Of a DNA stretch of 64,000 nucleotides, positions 1-8,806 are shown piece by piece (positions within the stretch are counted from its first letter, which is position 1; each line of letters starts with the position of its first letter). The notes beneath the pieces were generated by a model. That model worked only from the letters and a program-made list of their open reading frames with translations. It was not told the origin of the DNA and ran no database searches. The position numbers were made by a program, and so were the translations under genes. The stretch spans positions 1,716,116 to 1,780,115 of the forward strand of contig OZ242209.1 in NCBI GenBank assembly GCA_965206335.1, written 5' to 3'. This stretch comes from Dehalococcoidia bacterium (GTDB lineage Bacteria; Chloroflexota; Dehalococcoidia; Lucifugimonadales; Lucifugimonadaceae).

Positions 1-623
1 AAGGCGCTATCCAAGATTACGACAACACTATAGAAATCTACCCAAACAATGCCGAAGCATACAACAGTAGAGGAACCGCAAAGCAAGATATAGGAGACTT
101 GGAAGACGCTATCCAAGATTATGACAAAGCCGTAGAAATCGACCCAACCTATGCCGAAGCATACTATAATCGGGGAAATGCAAAACAAGCACTAGGAAGG
201 TTGGAAGACGCTATTCAAGACTATGACAAAGCCGTAGAAATCTATCCAAACTATGCCGTAGCGCACAATAATCGAGGTTTTGCAAAGCAATCTCAGGGAA
301 ACTTGGAAGACGCTATCCGAGATTATGACAAATCTATTGAACTGAATCCAAACAATACCATCGCATACAACAATAGAGGAACCGCAAAGCAAGCCTCGGG
401 AGATTTACAAGGCGCTATCGAAGACTATGTCGAAGCTATAGAAATCGACCCAAACTATGCCGAAGCATACTACCATCTGGGAATATCTAAGCTAGCCTCT
501 AGAGATACACGAGGTGCTAGAGAAGATTTGCAACTAGCAAAAGCGTTGGCGGAAAAACAAGGAAACGCAAATGTAGCAAAAGCGGCGGAGGCAGCATTAT
601 CATTGAGAAGGTTGGACGGATAA
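1..623 (+). CDS. TPR-repeat protein, 5' end outside the window
   Basis: The frame is open from base 3. The translation is consecutive 34-aa TPR units (e.g. AEAYYNRGNAKQALGRLEDAIQDYDKAVEI). The listed ORF 99-623 only begins at an internal TTG. The C-terminal tail (LAKALAEKQGNANVAKAAEAAL) is paralogous to the tail of the ORF ending at 3820. Confidence 0.8.
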   Translation, partial: GAIQDYDNTIEIYPNNAEAYNSRGTAKQDIGDLEDAIQDYDKAVEIDPTYAEAYYNRGNAKQALGRLEDAIQDYDKAVEIYPNYAVAHNNRGFAKQSQGNLEDAIRDYDKSIELNPNNTIAYNNRGTAKQASGDLQGAIEDYVEAIEIDPNYAEAYYHLGISKLASRDTRGAREDLQLAKALAEKQGNANVAKAAEAALSLRRLDG

Positions 624-1044
624 TATGACCGAACCCTCACAAAACGGGTACCCTCCGCCATTGGGTTTGTAGCGATCTAATCATAGAAATCTATTCGAGA
701 TTTTGGACAACATTGTTACCTACCACCTCTCACACTTCGGCTTACCTTTAAAATCCGTTATCCTACTCGATAACCCTTTAACAATTTCCGACTGCCCGCC
801 TTGCAAGATATCTAACATCGGCTGAGATATAATACCTTGCATGAATGCGAGGATAACTCGAGAGAAATATGCTGAAGAAGTTTCCATGATTGAACACCAC
901 CGAAAAGGATCCCTAAAATAGGAAACCCCTAATAAGCCGCAATAGAACGATAGAATAGTAAGGGGTATATCCCCTCACCGCATAGAAGAGGGTTGGGGCA
1001 CGTGTAACACCTTCACCCCGAAACCGAAACAGGATACTCATGCC

Positions 1045-2053
1045 TTGAGCAAAAAGAAACCGAAAAAGAAAAGAACCGATAAACCATCGAGAAAGAAGAA
1101 CGCGATGCCGGAAAACGTACAGAGCCCGAGCACTGAGGGCACTACTACTAAGAGCACTATAGCCAAGTATTTTGAAAAACTTGCGGCACTCGATTTGCCG
1201 CCGGGTGAGTATGCGTACAGAGGGCAAGAAAAAGCAGAATGGGATGTGACTTCCTGTGCTTACCGCCAACTCAGACCTAAACCAGGTGACGACCCTGAAC
1301 CAACCCTAGAGCAGTTCATCGAATATCACGAAAACGAACTCATAGAACCCGCCCGAAGGGACGGACACGGGGAAAGAGACGGGCGCATACTGCATGATTT
1401 GGAACTACTGACCGATTTGCAACATTACGGCGCACGAACCTGCCTTATAGATTTTACCTATAACTTCCTTATAGCCCTTTGGTTCGCCTGCAAAGGAAGT
1501 AAGCAAAGCAATCCGGACGCAGAATCTGCCTCAAAAAGAAAAAATAATGCGTCTTCCAAAGAAAGTGAGCAAGACAATACGGACGGAAAGGTATTCATCG
1601 TCAATACCAACGATCCAACATTTTTCCGAACCGTCAGGCAAGGTGATTTGATAGGCGAGAAAAGGGGGATTAGACACTTTCTTCAGCGGGAAACAGAAAA
1701 CACCTCTATACCTCACCTCTACATCTACAGGACAGGTGCTGGATTCACAAGTAACGCTACAACAACCAGCTTCGCTACCGCAACCATATTACTGGTACTG
1801 GGCTCCTCAGGGCATGAACAATAGGATAATGAAGCAGGACGGGCTATTTATATTCAGGCGATTCGACATAAAGAAACGTCACCTGATAGAAATTATCGTA
1901 AAGAAGGAAGACAAAATCAATATCCTCAAGGATCTTAGATTGCTTGGTATAACAAGAAGGTCTCTCTTCAAAGACGCACACGGTTTTGCGGAAAGCAGCA
2001 CTTACGACGAGTCGGTGGAAGCAATTCCCAAAGAAGGAACTATTCTTTATTAA
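1045..2053 (+). pseudogene. FRG-domain protein, split by a frameshift
   Basis: ORF 1045-1824 has the FRG hallmarks YRGQ (YAYRGQEKAEW) and LQHYGxxTxLxDFT (LQHYGARTCLIDFT). ORF 1736-2053, in another frame, supplies the usual C-terminal part (NNRIMKQDGLFIF ... RSLFKDAHGFAE). The two frames overlap by ~90 nt, and the tail of the first ORF looks like out-of-frame junk. Confidence 0.7.
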
Positions 2054-2054
2054 A

Positions 2055-3820
2055 GGTAATTACGCCGCGCAAATCGGAAAGACTGAAAGTGCTATAAAAT
2101 TATATGATAGAGCAGCAGGAGATTCAGAAAATGATCCAAAAGAATGATGCCGTTATATATTTCAACCGAGGATTTGCAAAGCAATCTCTAGAGGATTTAC
2201 AAGGTGCTATAGAAGATTATGACAAAGCTATAAAATTCGATCGGGATAATGCTAGGGTATACTTCAATCGAGGGAATGCAAAGCAAGCTTTGGGAGATTT
2301 ACAAGGTGCTATAGAAGATTATCGACAAAGCTATAGAACGATCCGGAATACGCTGAGGCATACTTCCATCGAGGATTTGCAAAGCAAGCTTTGGGAGATT
2401 TACAAGGTACTCTAGAAGATTATGACAAAGCTATAGAAATCGATCCAACTTATACTGAAACATACAACAATAGAGGAGTTACAAAGAAAAATTTGAGAGA
2501 TTTACAAGGTGCTATCAAAGATTATGACAAAGCTATAGACCTCGATCCAAACAATGCTGCTGCATACAACAATAGAGGGAATGCAAAGCAAGCGTCAAGT
2601 GATTTACAAGGTGCTATCAAAGATTATGACAAAGCTATAGACCTTGATCCAAACAATGCTGCTGCATACAACAATAGAGGAGTTACAAAGAAAGATTTGG
2701 GAGATTTACAAGGTGCTATAAAAGATTATGACAAAGCTATAGACCTTGATCCAAACGATGCTGCTGCATACAACAATAGAGGGAATACAAAACACGCTCA
2801 TAAGAACTTGGAAGGTGCTATCAGAGATTATGACAAAGCTATAGAAATGGATCCAAACAATGCCGCTGCATACTACAATCTAGGAACCTCAAAGCAAGCC
2901 CTAGGAAATTTACAAAGTGCTATCCAAGATTACGACAAATCTATAGAAATCTATCCGGAAAATGCTAATGCATACATTAATCGAGGATGCAAAGAAATCT
3001 CAGGGAAACTTGAAAGGTGCTACCCAAGATTATGACCTATAGAAATTGATCAAACTATACTGAAGCATACAACAATCGAGGAGCTGCAAAGCAATCCATT
3101 GGAAGATTTACAAGGTGCTATCAAAGATTATGACAAAGCTATAGAAATTGATCCCGAAAATGCTATGGCATACAACAATCGAGGGAATGTAAAGCAATAT
3201 TTGAGAGATTTACAAGGTGCTATACAAGATTATGACAAAGCTATAGAAATTGATCCAAACTATGCTACTGCATACAACAATAGAGGGATTGCAAAGCAAG
3301 CTCAGGGAGATTTACAAGGTGCTATACAAGATTATCCAAAGCTAGACCTTGATCCAATAAATGCAACTGTATGCTGAGGGCATGCGAACAAGATAAGAAG
3401 AACTTTGAAGACGCTATCGAAGATTATGATAAAGCTATAGAAATTGCAAAAAATGCAATTGTATACAACAATCAGGGAATGCAAAAAGCTTTGGGAGATT
3501 TACAAGGTGCTATAGAAGATTATGACGAAGCCATAAAACTCAATCCAAACAATGCTATGGCATACAACAATCGAGGGAATGCAAAGCGACTTCAAGGAAA
3601 GGTGGAAGATGCTATCAAAGATTATGATAAAGCTATAGAAATAAATCCAAAAAATGCTGAGGCATACATCAATCGAGGAGTTACAAAGCAAGCTCAGGAA
3701 GATTTACAAGGTGCTATTGAAGATTTCCAACAAGCAAAGGAGCTGGCTGAACAACAAGGAAACACAGATGTAGCAAAAATGGCGGCGGAATCATTGAAAA
3801 AGTTGAATAGCAAAGATTAA
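2055..3820 (+). pseudogene. TPR-repeat gene broken into at least four reading-frame pieces
   Basis: ORFs 2104-2415, 2391-3035, 3099-3377 and 3371-3820 all translate to the same 34-aa TPR unit (DLQGAIxDYDKAIxxDPNxAxAYNNRGxxK). A TPR-like reading (KGNYAAQIGKTESAIKLYDRA) already starts at ~2055 in yet another frame. Small indels are visible at ~2135, ~2340-2400, ~2990-3100 and ~3340-3380. Confidence 0.75.
2499..2804 (+). repeat. Three near-identical 102-bp tandem units (one TPR each) inside the TPR gene
   Basis: The string gatttacaaggtgctat(c/a)aaagattatgacaaagctatagacct(c/t)gatccaaac(a/g)atgctgctgcatacaacaatagagg recurs at 2499, 2601 and 2703, an exact 102-nt period. Confidence 0.85.
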
Positions 3821-3842
3821 TAAAGTATCACAATACGATGAC

Positions 3843-4259
3843 ATGCTACCTGATGGCTGGCGATGGGCAAAACTGGGGGAGGTATGCGAGATAATATCCG
3901 GCCAATCACCGCCGGGAAGTACCTACCGTAAAGAACCGGAAGGTATTCCATTCTTTCAAGGAAAAGCCGATTTTGGCAAGAGACATCCTACCGCGAGAAC
4001 TTGGACGGTTGCACCCACAAAAATTGCAAAGCCCGGGGATATTCTGATTTCTGTTCGTGCTCCCGTAGGTCCTACAAATGTAGCAGACATAGAGTGTTGT
4101 ATAGGACGGGGGCTTGCAGCTATACGATGTGATAAAGGTGCAGAAAGAAATTTCGTGCTGAGCTTTCTCAAACTCTATGAAGATGAAATCGCAAAGATGG
4201 GAGCAGGGAGCACTTTCGGCGCGATAAACAACAAAGATGTAACAGAGATGAACTTTTGA
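3843..4259 (+). CDS. hsdS: Type I R-M specificity subunit HsdS, N-terminal target-recognition domain piece
   Basis: The sequence is HsdS TRD-like (MLPDGWRWAKLGEVCEIISGQSPPG ... GAGSTFGAINNKDV). It stops at TGA 4257-4259, just before the expected central conserved helix. Confidence 0.8.
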   Translation: MLPDGWRWAKLGEVCEIISGQSPPGSTYRKEPEGIPFFQGKADFGKRHPTARTWTVAPTKIAKPGDILISVRAPVGPTNVADIECCIGRGLAAIRCDKGAERNFVLSFLKLYEDEIAKMGAGSTFGAINNKDVTEMNF

Positions 4260-5020
4260 CTATCCAACTCCCTCTCCCTCCCCTCGCCGAACAAAAGCGC
4301 ATCGTTGCCATACTCAATGAGCGGCTAGCCGCCGTAGATGAAGCTCGGAAAGCCGCAGAGGAACGGTTGGAGGCAATCCGCGCATTACCTAGCGCTTACA
4401 TAAGGGATTCGCTTGAAGGGGAAACGGCGCAAGGTTGGCAGCGGGTGAATCTGGGGGAGGTAACGGAAATTGTGACTGGTACTACTCCAAAAACCTCAGT
4501 CCAAGGTTATTGGGGTAAAGATATTACTTGGGTTACTCCATCTGACCTTGGAAAATTACAAAATCGCTACATACAAAATTCACTACGCCAAATAACTCAT
4601 AAAGGACTTGAGAGTTGTGGATTAGAAATTTTGCCACAATCTACTGTAGTCCTATCTACAAGAGCACCGATAGGATACTTAGGTATAGCAAAGATTCCTT
4701 TATGCACTAATCAGGGCTGTAAAAGTTTCATTCCAAGAAAGGACGTAAAATCGGAGTACCTATACTTTGCAATTCAGAGAGATATTCCTGAATTACAAAG
4801 AATGGGTAGTGGGTCGACTTTTCCAGAGATTTCAAAGGCAAAGTTAAAACAACATCAAATCCCTCTCCCTCCCCTTGCCGAACAAAAGCGCATAGTTGCC
4901 ATACTCGATGAGCGGCTAGCCGCCGTAGATGAAGCTCGGAAAGCCGCAGAGGAGCAACTCAGAACGGTGAAAGCACTCCCCGCCTCTATCCTGCGCAAGG
5001 CGTTCCGCGGAGAGTTGTGA
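4256..5020 (+). CDS. hsdS: Type I R-M specificity subunit HsdS, conserved region 1 + second TRD + conserved region 2
   Basis: It begins at TTG 4256 with LPLPPLAEQKRIVAILNERLAAVDEARKAAEE. A second TRD follows (WQRVNLGEVTEIVTGTTPKT ...), then a second copy of the conserved region (IPLPPLAEQKRIVAILDERLAAVDEARKAAEEQL ... FRGEL). Confidence 0.85.
   Translation: MTIQLPLPPLAEQKRIVAILNERLAAVDEARKAAEERLEAIRALPSAYIRDSLEGETAQGWQRVNLGEVTEIVTGTTPKTSVQGYWGKDITWVTPSDLGKLQNRYIQNSLRQITHKGLESCGLEILPQSTVVLSTRAPIGYLGIAKIPLCTNQGCKSFIPRKDVKSEYLYFAIQRDIPELQRMGSGSTFPEISKAKLKQHQIPLPPLAEQKRIVAILDERLAAVDEARKAAEEQLRTVKALPASILRKAFRGEL
4270..4362 (+). repeat. 93-nt direct repeat inside hsdS, copy 1 (copy 2 at 4861-4953)
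   Basis: The two copies differ at 3 positions. They encode the central and C-terminal conserved helices of HsdS. Confidence 0.9.
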
Positions 5021-5112
5021 TTTCGCAGAGACGGGCTTCGAGAACTCGTCCTAATATACATAATAGGCATACCCGCTAAAATCGGATACGGACAAAAGGA
5101 AACATTGGCACA

Positions 5113-6639
5113 ATGGCAGTAAACACGAACGGCAAGATGGACGGCAACGGAAGGAATGGCCGTCAGTCGGTAGATTCGTCGGTTAAATCCATCTGCGATA
5201 TTATGCGTCGAGGCAATATGGCGGGCGCCCTCCAATATGTGCCCGAGTTGACTTGGATACTCTTCCTCCGCATCCTCGATGAGACCGAACGGGAGGAGAA
5301 GGATGAATACGCTGCGGTGGGACGGAATTTCACGCCTTCGCTGGAATATCCCTACCGTTGGTGTGATTGGGCGGACCCGAACGGCGCCAAGCGAGTAGAA
5401 CTGACGGAAAGCTCGGCGGGAAGCGTCTTCGCCTTCGTGAATGGGGAGCTGCTGCCCTACCTAAAAGAGTTGAAGGATAAAGTCGGTTCGTCAGCTCGGC
5501 AAAAGGTTATCAGCCAGATTGTGGCGAGTGTGGAGCGCGTGAGCATAGATACGGAGCGCAACTTCCTAGACGTGCTGGACAAGGTGCATAAACTGAGGCA
5601 ATCCGGAATTGATGATACGCATGTGTTTACCCTTTCGCAGGTTTATGAAGGGCTACTCCTCAAGATGGGTGAGAAGAATAACGACGGCGGTCAATACTTT
5701 ACCCCTAGAGAGGTGATACGGGCGATGGTGCGGGCTATCGCCCCCAAAGTCGGCGAAAAGGTTTACGACCCCGCTTGCGGCACGGGAGGCTTCCTCGCTC
5801 AGGCATACGAATATATGGAGCATACGGCGGTAAACCTTACGCCTCACAAGTTGGACGTTTTGAAGGAGGAGACCTTCTACGGAAGGGAGAAGGAGAACCT
5901 CGTCTACCCTATCGCTCTCGCAAATTTGGTGCTGCACGGAGTAGATCACCCGAACATTTGGCACGGCAACACCCTGACCAACAATGAAACATACGGCGGA
6001 CTTTTCACGGAAGCCCCTCCCCTTTTTGATGTTGTGCTGACTAACCCGCCCTTCGGCGGCAAGGAATCGAAGGATGCACAGACACGCTTCCCATACAAGA
6101 CAAGCTCTACGCAGGTGCTCTTTCTGCAGGAGGCGGTAGCCAGTTTGAAGGAAGGCGGCAGATGCGGGATAGTTGTGGATGAAGGCCTGCTGTTCCGCAC
6201 GAATGAGTCGGCATTCGTCTCCGTTAAACGGAAGTTGCTGGAGGAGTGTAACTTGTGGTGCATCGTAAGCCTTCCGCAGGGAGTGTTCACACAAGCCGGC
6301 GCAGGGGTAAAAACGAACCTCCTATTTTTCACAAAAGGGGAAGAGACGAAGAGTATCTGGTATTATGACCTCACCGATGTAAAGGTAACAAAACGCCAAC
6401 CGCTTGTTCTATCGCATTTCGAGGATTTCTTCCGATTACTACCGGATAGGGCGGAAAGTGAACTGAGCTGGAGTGTAGGCATAGAGAAGACGAAGGAACG
6501 CGGCTGGGATCTCAAGGCGGTGAACCCCAACAGGAGGCATGAAGTAGATCCTCGGACGCCGGAGGAACTGCTCGCCATAATAGAAGCGAAGGGGCATGAG
6601 TTAGGCAAGGCACTCGCAAAATTGAAGGATACGGTCTAG
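5113..6639 (+). CDS. hsdM: Type I R-M DNA methyltransferase subunit HsdM (N6-adenine)
   Basis: Motif I is DPACGTGGFL and motif IV is LTNPPFGG. There is an HsdM-type N-terminal helical domain. The gene lies directly downstream of hsdS. Confidence 0.9.
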   Translation: MAVNTNGKMDGNGRNGRQSVDSSVKSICDIMRRGNMAGALQYVPELTWILFLRILDETEREEKDEYAAVGRNFTPSLEYPYRWCDWADPNGAKRVELTESSAGSVFAFVNGELLPYLKELKDKVGSSARQKVISQIVASVERVSIDTERNFLDVLDKVHKLRQSGIDDTHVFTLSQVYEGLLLKMGEKNNDGGQYFTPREVIRAMVRAIAPKVGEKVYDPACGTGGFLAQAYEYMEHTAVNLTPHKLDVLKEETFYGREKENLVYPIALANLVLHGVDHPNIWHGNTLTNNETYGGLFTEAPPLFDVVLTNPPFGGKESKDAQTRFPYKTSSTQVLFLQEAVASLKEGGRCGIVVDEGLLFRTNESAFVSVKRKLLEECNLWCIVSLPQGVFTQAGAGVKTNLLFFTKGEETKSIWYYDLTDVKVTKRQPLVLSHFEDFFRLLPDRAESELSWSVGIEKTKERGWDLKAVNPNRRHEVDPRTPEELLAIIEAKGHELGKALAKLKDTV

Positions 6640-7001
6640 GGAAATAACCCATCCGCCTCTTTGCCTTTGGGATAGGATAAGGTATGACCCGCCATCTAGA
6701 GGTGTAACATATATGGGATATTCCCCCCTTCGGTTCGGCGATTCCCTTGCCGCACCACGTACAAACTAAGCGGCGGTGATTTTCGTAAGTACTATGTAGC
6801 ACGGGTATATTACTATAGACTCCGCCCGCATGACCGAATTCGCTCGCATGAGTGTGCATTGACAGGCGGAAATGCTACAAGTCTCGGCTAAACCCGTAAG
6901 CCTACGACATCGGGCACAATGCAACGGTATATCGCACCCGATAACCCGATAAAATGTAAAGAGGATACCCCCGACAGGTAGGATTACACGAGAGAGAGAT
7001 T

Positions 7002-7979
7002 ATGATAAAGATAGAGAATATGTCCAAGAAATACGGACTTTTCCCCGCTGTGTTGGATGTATCTTTCGAGATACTCAAAGGGGAGGTTGTAGGGTTCCTC
7101 GGACCAAACGGCGCAGGTAAAACTACAACTATGAGGGTTATTACCGGTTACACTCCGCCTAGCTCCGGCACCGTTACCATAGGCGGTTATGATGTTCTTA
7201 CTCACTCTCTGGAAGTGCGCCGATATATAGGCTATTTGCCGGAGACTGTGCCGCTTTATCTGGATATGACTGTGACGGATTACCTTATTTATATGGGCAA
7301 GATAAGAGGTATGAATAAGGCATGGATAGCGGAACGCTTGCCGTTGGTTATCGATCTTGTGCAGCTGGGAGATTACCGCGATACTTTGATAGGTAGGCTA
7401 TCCAAGGGCTACCGCCAACGAACGGGTATAGCGCAGGCGGTGCTACATGAGCCGGACGTGCTGATTTTGGATGAGCCGACTATCGGAATAGACCCGATAC
7501 AAGTAGTAGAAACACGTAGCCTCATCAAGAATCTGGGAGATGAGCATACTTTATTGCTCTCTTCTCATATCTTGCCGGAGGTCAGTATGATTTGCCAAAG
7601 GGTTCTAGTGATTCACGATGGACGCATAATAGCGGATGATAAACCTTCGTTGCTTTCAGAGAAACTACAACCTACGGAACGGATAGAATTAGGGGTAAAG
7701 GGCGCCAAAGCGGCGGATGTGATAGCGGAGTTGCGAAGTTTGACTTCGGTGGTGGACGTTCGGACTGATCCGCGCGCCGATGTGAGAGAACGGGCGCAAG
7801 AACAGAAACGGCTGGCTTTGTTGATAGAATCTCGGCCAGATAGTGCCACCGCAGAACGGATAGCCGACCTTGTGATAGATAAGGGCTGGAAGCTTACAAA
7901 TTTGAACCCGGTAAATATGACGCTCGAGGAGATATTTCTCCAACTCACTACCGAAGATACCGCCGAGGCGGCTTTATAG
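7002..7979 (+). CDS. ABC transporter ATP-binding protein (ABC-2/GldA-like)
   Basis: Walker A is GPNGAGKTT, the signature is LSKGYRQR and Walker B is LILDEPT. It is the first gene of a four-gene + strand run. Confidence 0.9.
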   Translation: MIKIENMSKKYGLFPAVLDVSFEILKGEVVGFLGPNGAGKTTTMRVITGYTPPSSGTVTIGGYDVLTHSLEVRRYIGYLPETVPLYLDMTVTDYLIYMGKIRGMNKAWIAERLPLVIDLVQLGDYRDTLIGRLSKGYRQRTGIAQAVLHEPDVLILDEPTIGIDPIQVVETRSLIKNLGDEHTLLLSSHILPEVSMICQRVLVIHDGRIIADDKPSLLSEKLQPTERIELGVKGAKAADVIAELRSLTSVVDVRTDPRADVRERAQEQKRLALLIESRPDSATAERIADLVIDKGWKLTNLNPVNMTLEEIFLQLTTEDTAEAAL

Positions 7980-7980
7980 T

Positions 7981-8802
7981 ATGCAAAAAGAGAGAGATAT
8001 CCGACAATTGAACCGCGGAAATTTTATGAGTAGTATGGTAGCCGCCAATATGATTACTATTGCCTTGAAGGAGATACGCACCTATTTCGCATCCCCTATG
8101 GCATATGTGGTATCCGCCGCTTTTCTGGCTATTACCGGTTTCTTCTTCGTAGCATCTATCTCGGATCCGTTCGCGGAGGCGACTATAAGGGGGTTTCTGG
8201 CTGGTGCCGTGTTCTTTCTCATCTTTATGGCACCCGCTCTTACTATGCGCCTACTTGCAGAGGAGCAGAAATTAGGTACTTTGGAACTGCTGCTGACTTC
8301 ACCCGTTCGTGAGCTGGACGTGGTACTGGGAAAGTTCATCGCCTCTTTCACTATGGTTACGGCTACGCTCGCTATGTCTTTGTTTTTTGTGGTTGTTCTG
8401 TACGCTTACGGAGACCCCGACCCCGGCCATATTTTCACCGGATATTTTGGGTTGCTTCTCTATTCAATTGCGGCTCTTGCCATAGGGCTCTTCGCATCTT
8501 CGCTCAGCGCCAATCAGTTGGTGGGGTTGGTGGTAGGCGCCGGTATACTGACAGCGCTCACGATAATAGATTTCATCTCGGAACGTGTAAGCGGAACCGC
8601 CGCTCAAGTATTGGACGGTTTCCAGCTCGGCGCATCCTTCTCCGTTTTCGATTTAAACAACTTCGGCGTGGCATCCGGCGGCCACTTCGCAGATTTTTCC
8701 AGAGGGATAATATCGGTAGGAGACATAGCGTACTATATCTCTATATCCGCTCTTTTTCTTCTGATGGCGATAGTTTCTCTGGAAGCAAAACGATGGCGGT
8801 GA
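7981..8802 (+). CDS. ABC-2 type permease (GldF-like)
   Basis: This is a polytopic hydrophobic protein that starts 1 nt after the ATPase stop. Confidence 0.7.
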   Translation: MQKERDIRQLNRGNFMSSMVAANMITIALKEIRTYFASPMAYVVSAAFLAITGFFFVASISDPFAEATIRGFLAGAVFFLIFMAPALTMRLLAEEQKLGTLELLLTSPVRELDVVLGKFIASFTMVTATLAMSLFFVVVLYAYGDPDPGHIFTGYFGLLLYSIAALAIGLFASSLSANQLVGLVVGAGILTALTIIDFISERVSGTAAQVLDGFQLGASFSVFDLNNFGVASGGHFADFSRGIISVGDIAYYISISALFLLMAIVSLEAKRWR

Positions 8803-8806
8803 ACTA

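Noticed and set aside
720-887. 55-aa minus-strand ORF (METSSAYFSRVILAFMQGIISQPMLDIL...) between the TPR and FRG genes
   Set aside because: It is below the ORF-track threshold. I could not identify a convincing RBS or any recognisable motif, so it cannot be supported.
2100-3820. Possible CRISPR array suggested by the regular periodic repeats
   Set aside because: The period is 102 nt, which equals one 34-aa TPR unit. The whole stretch translates as protein, and there is no repeat/spacer alternation.
6640-7001. Possible hsdR remnant in the gap downstream of hsdM
   Set aside because: There is no ORF longer than the antisense 115-aa one, and none of the six frames I looked at shows helicase or nuclease motifs. 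A short relic cannot be excluded without a search.
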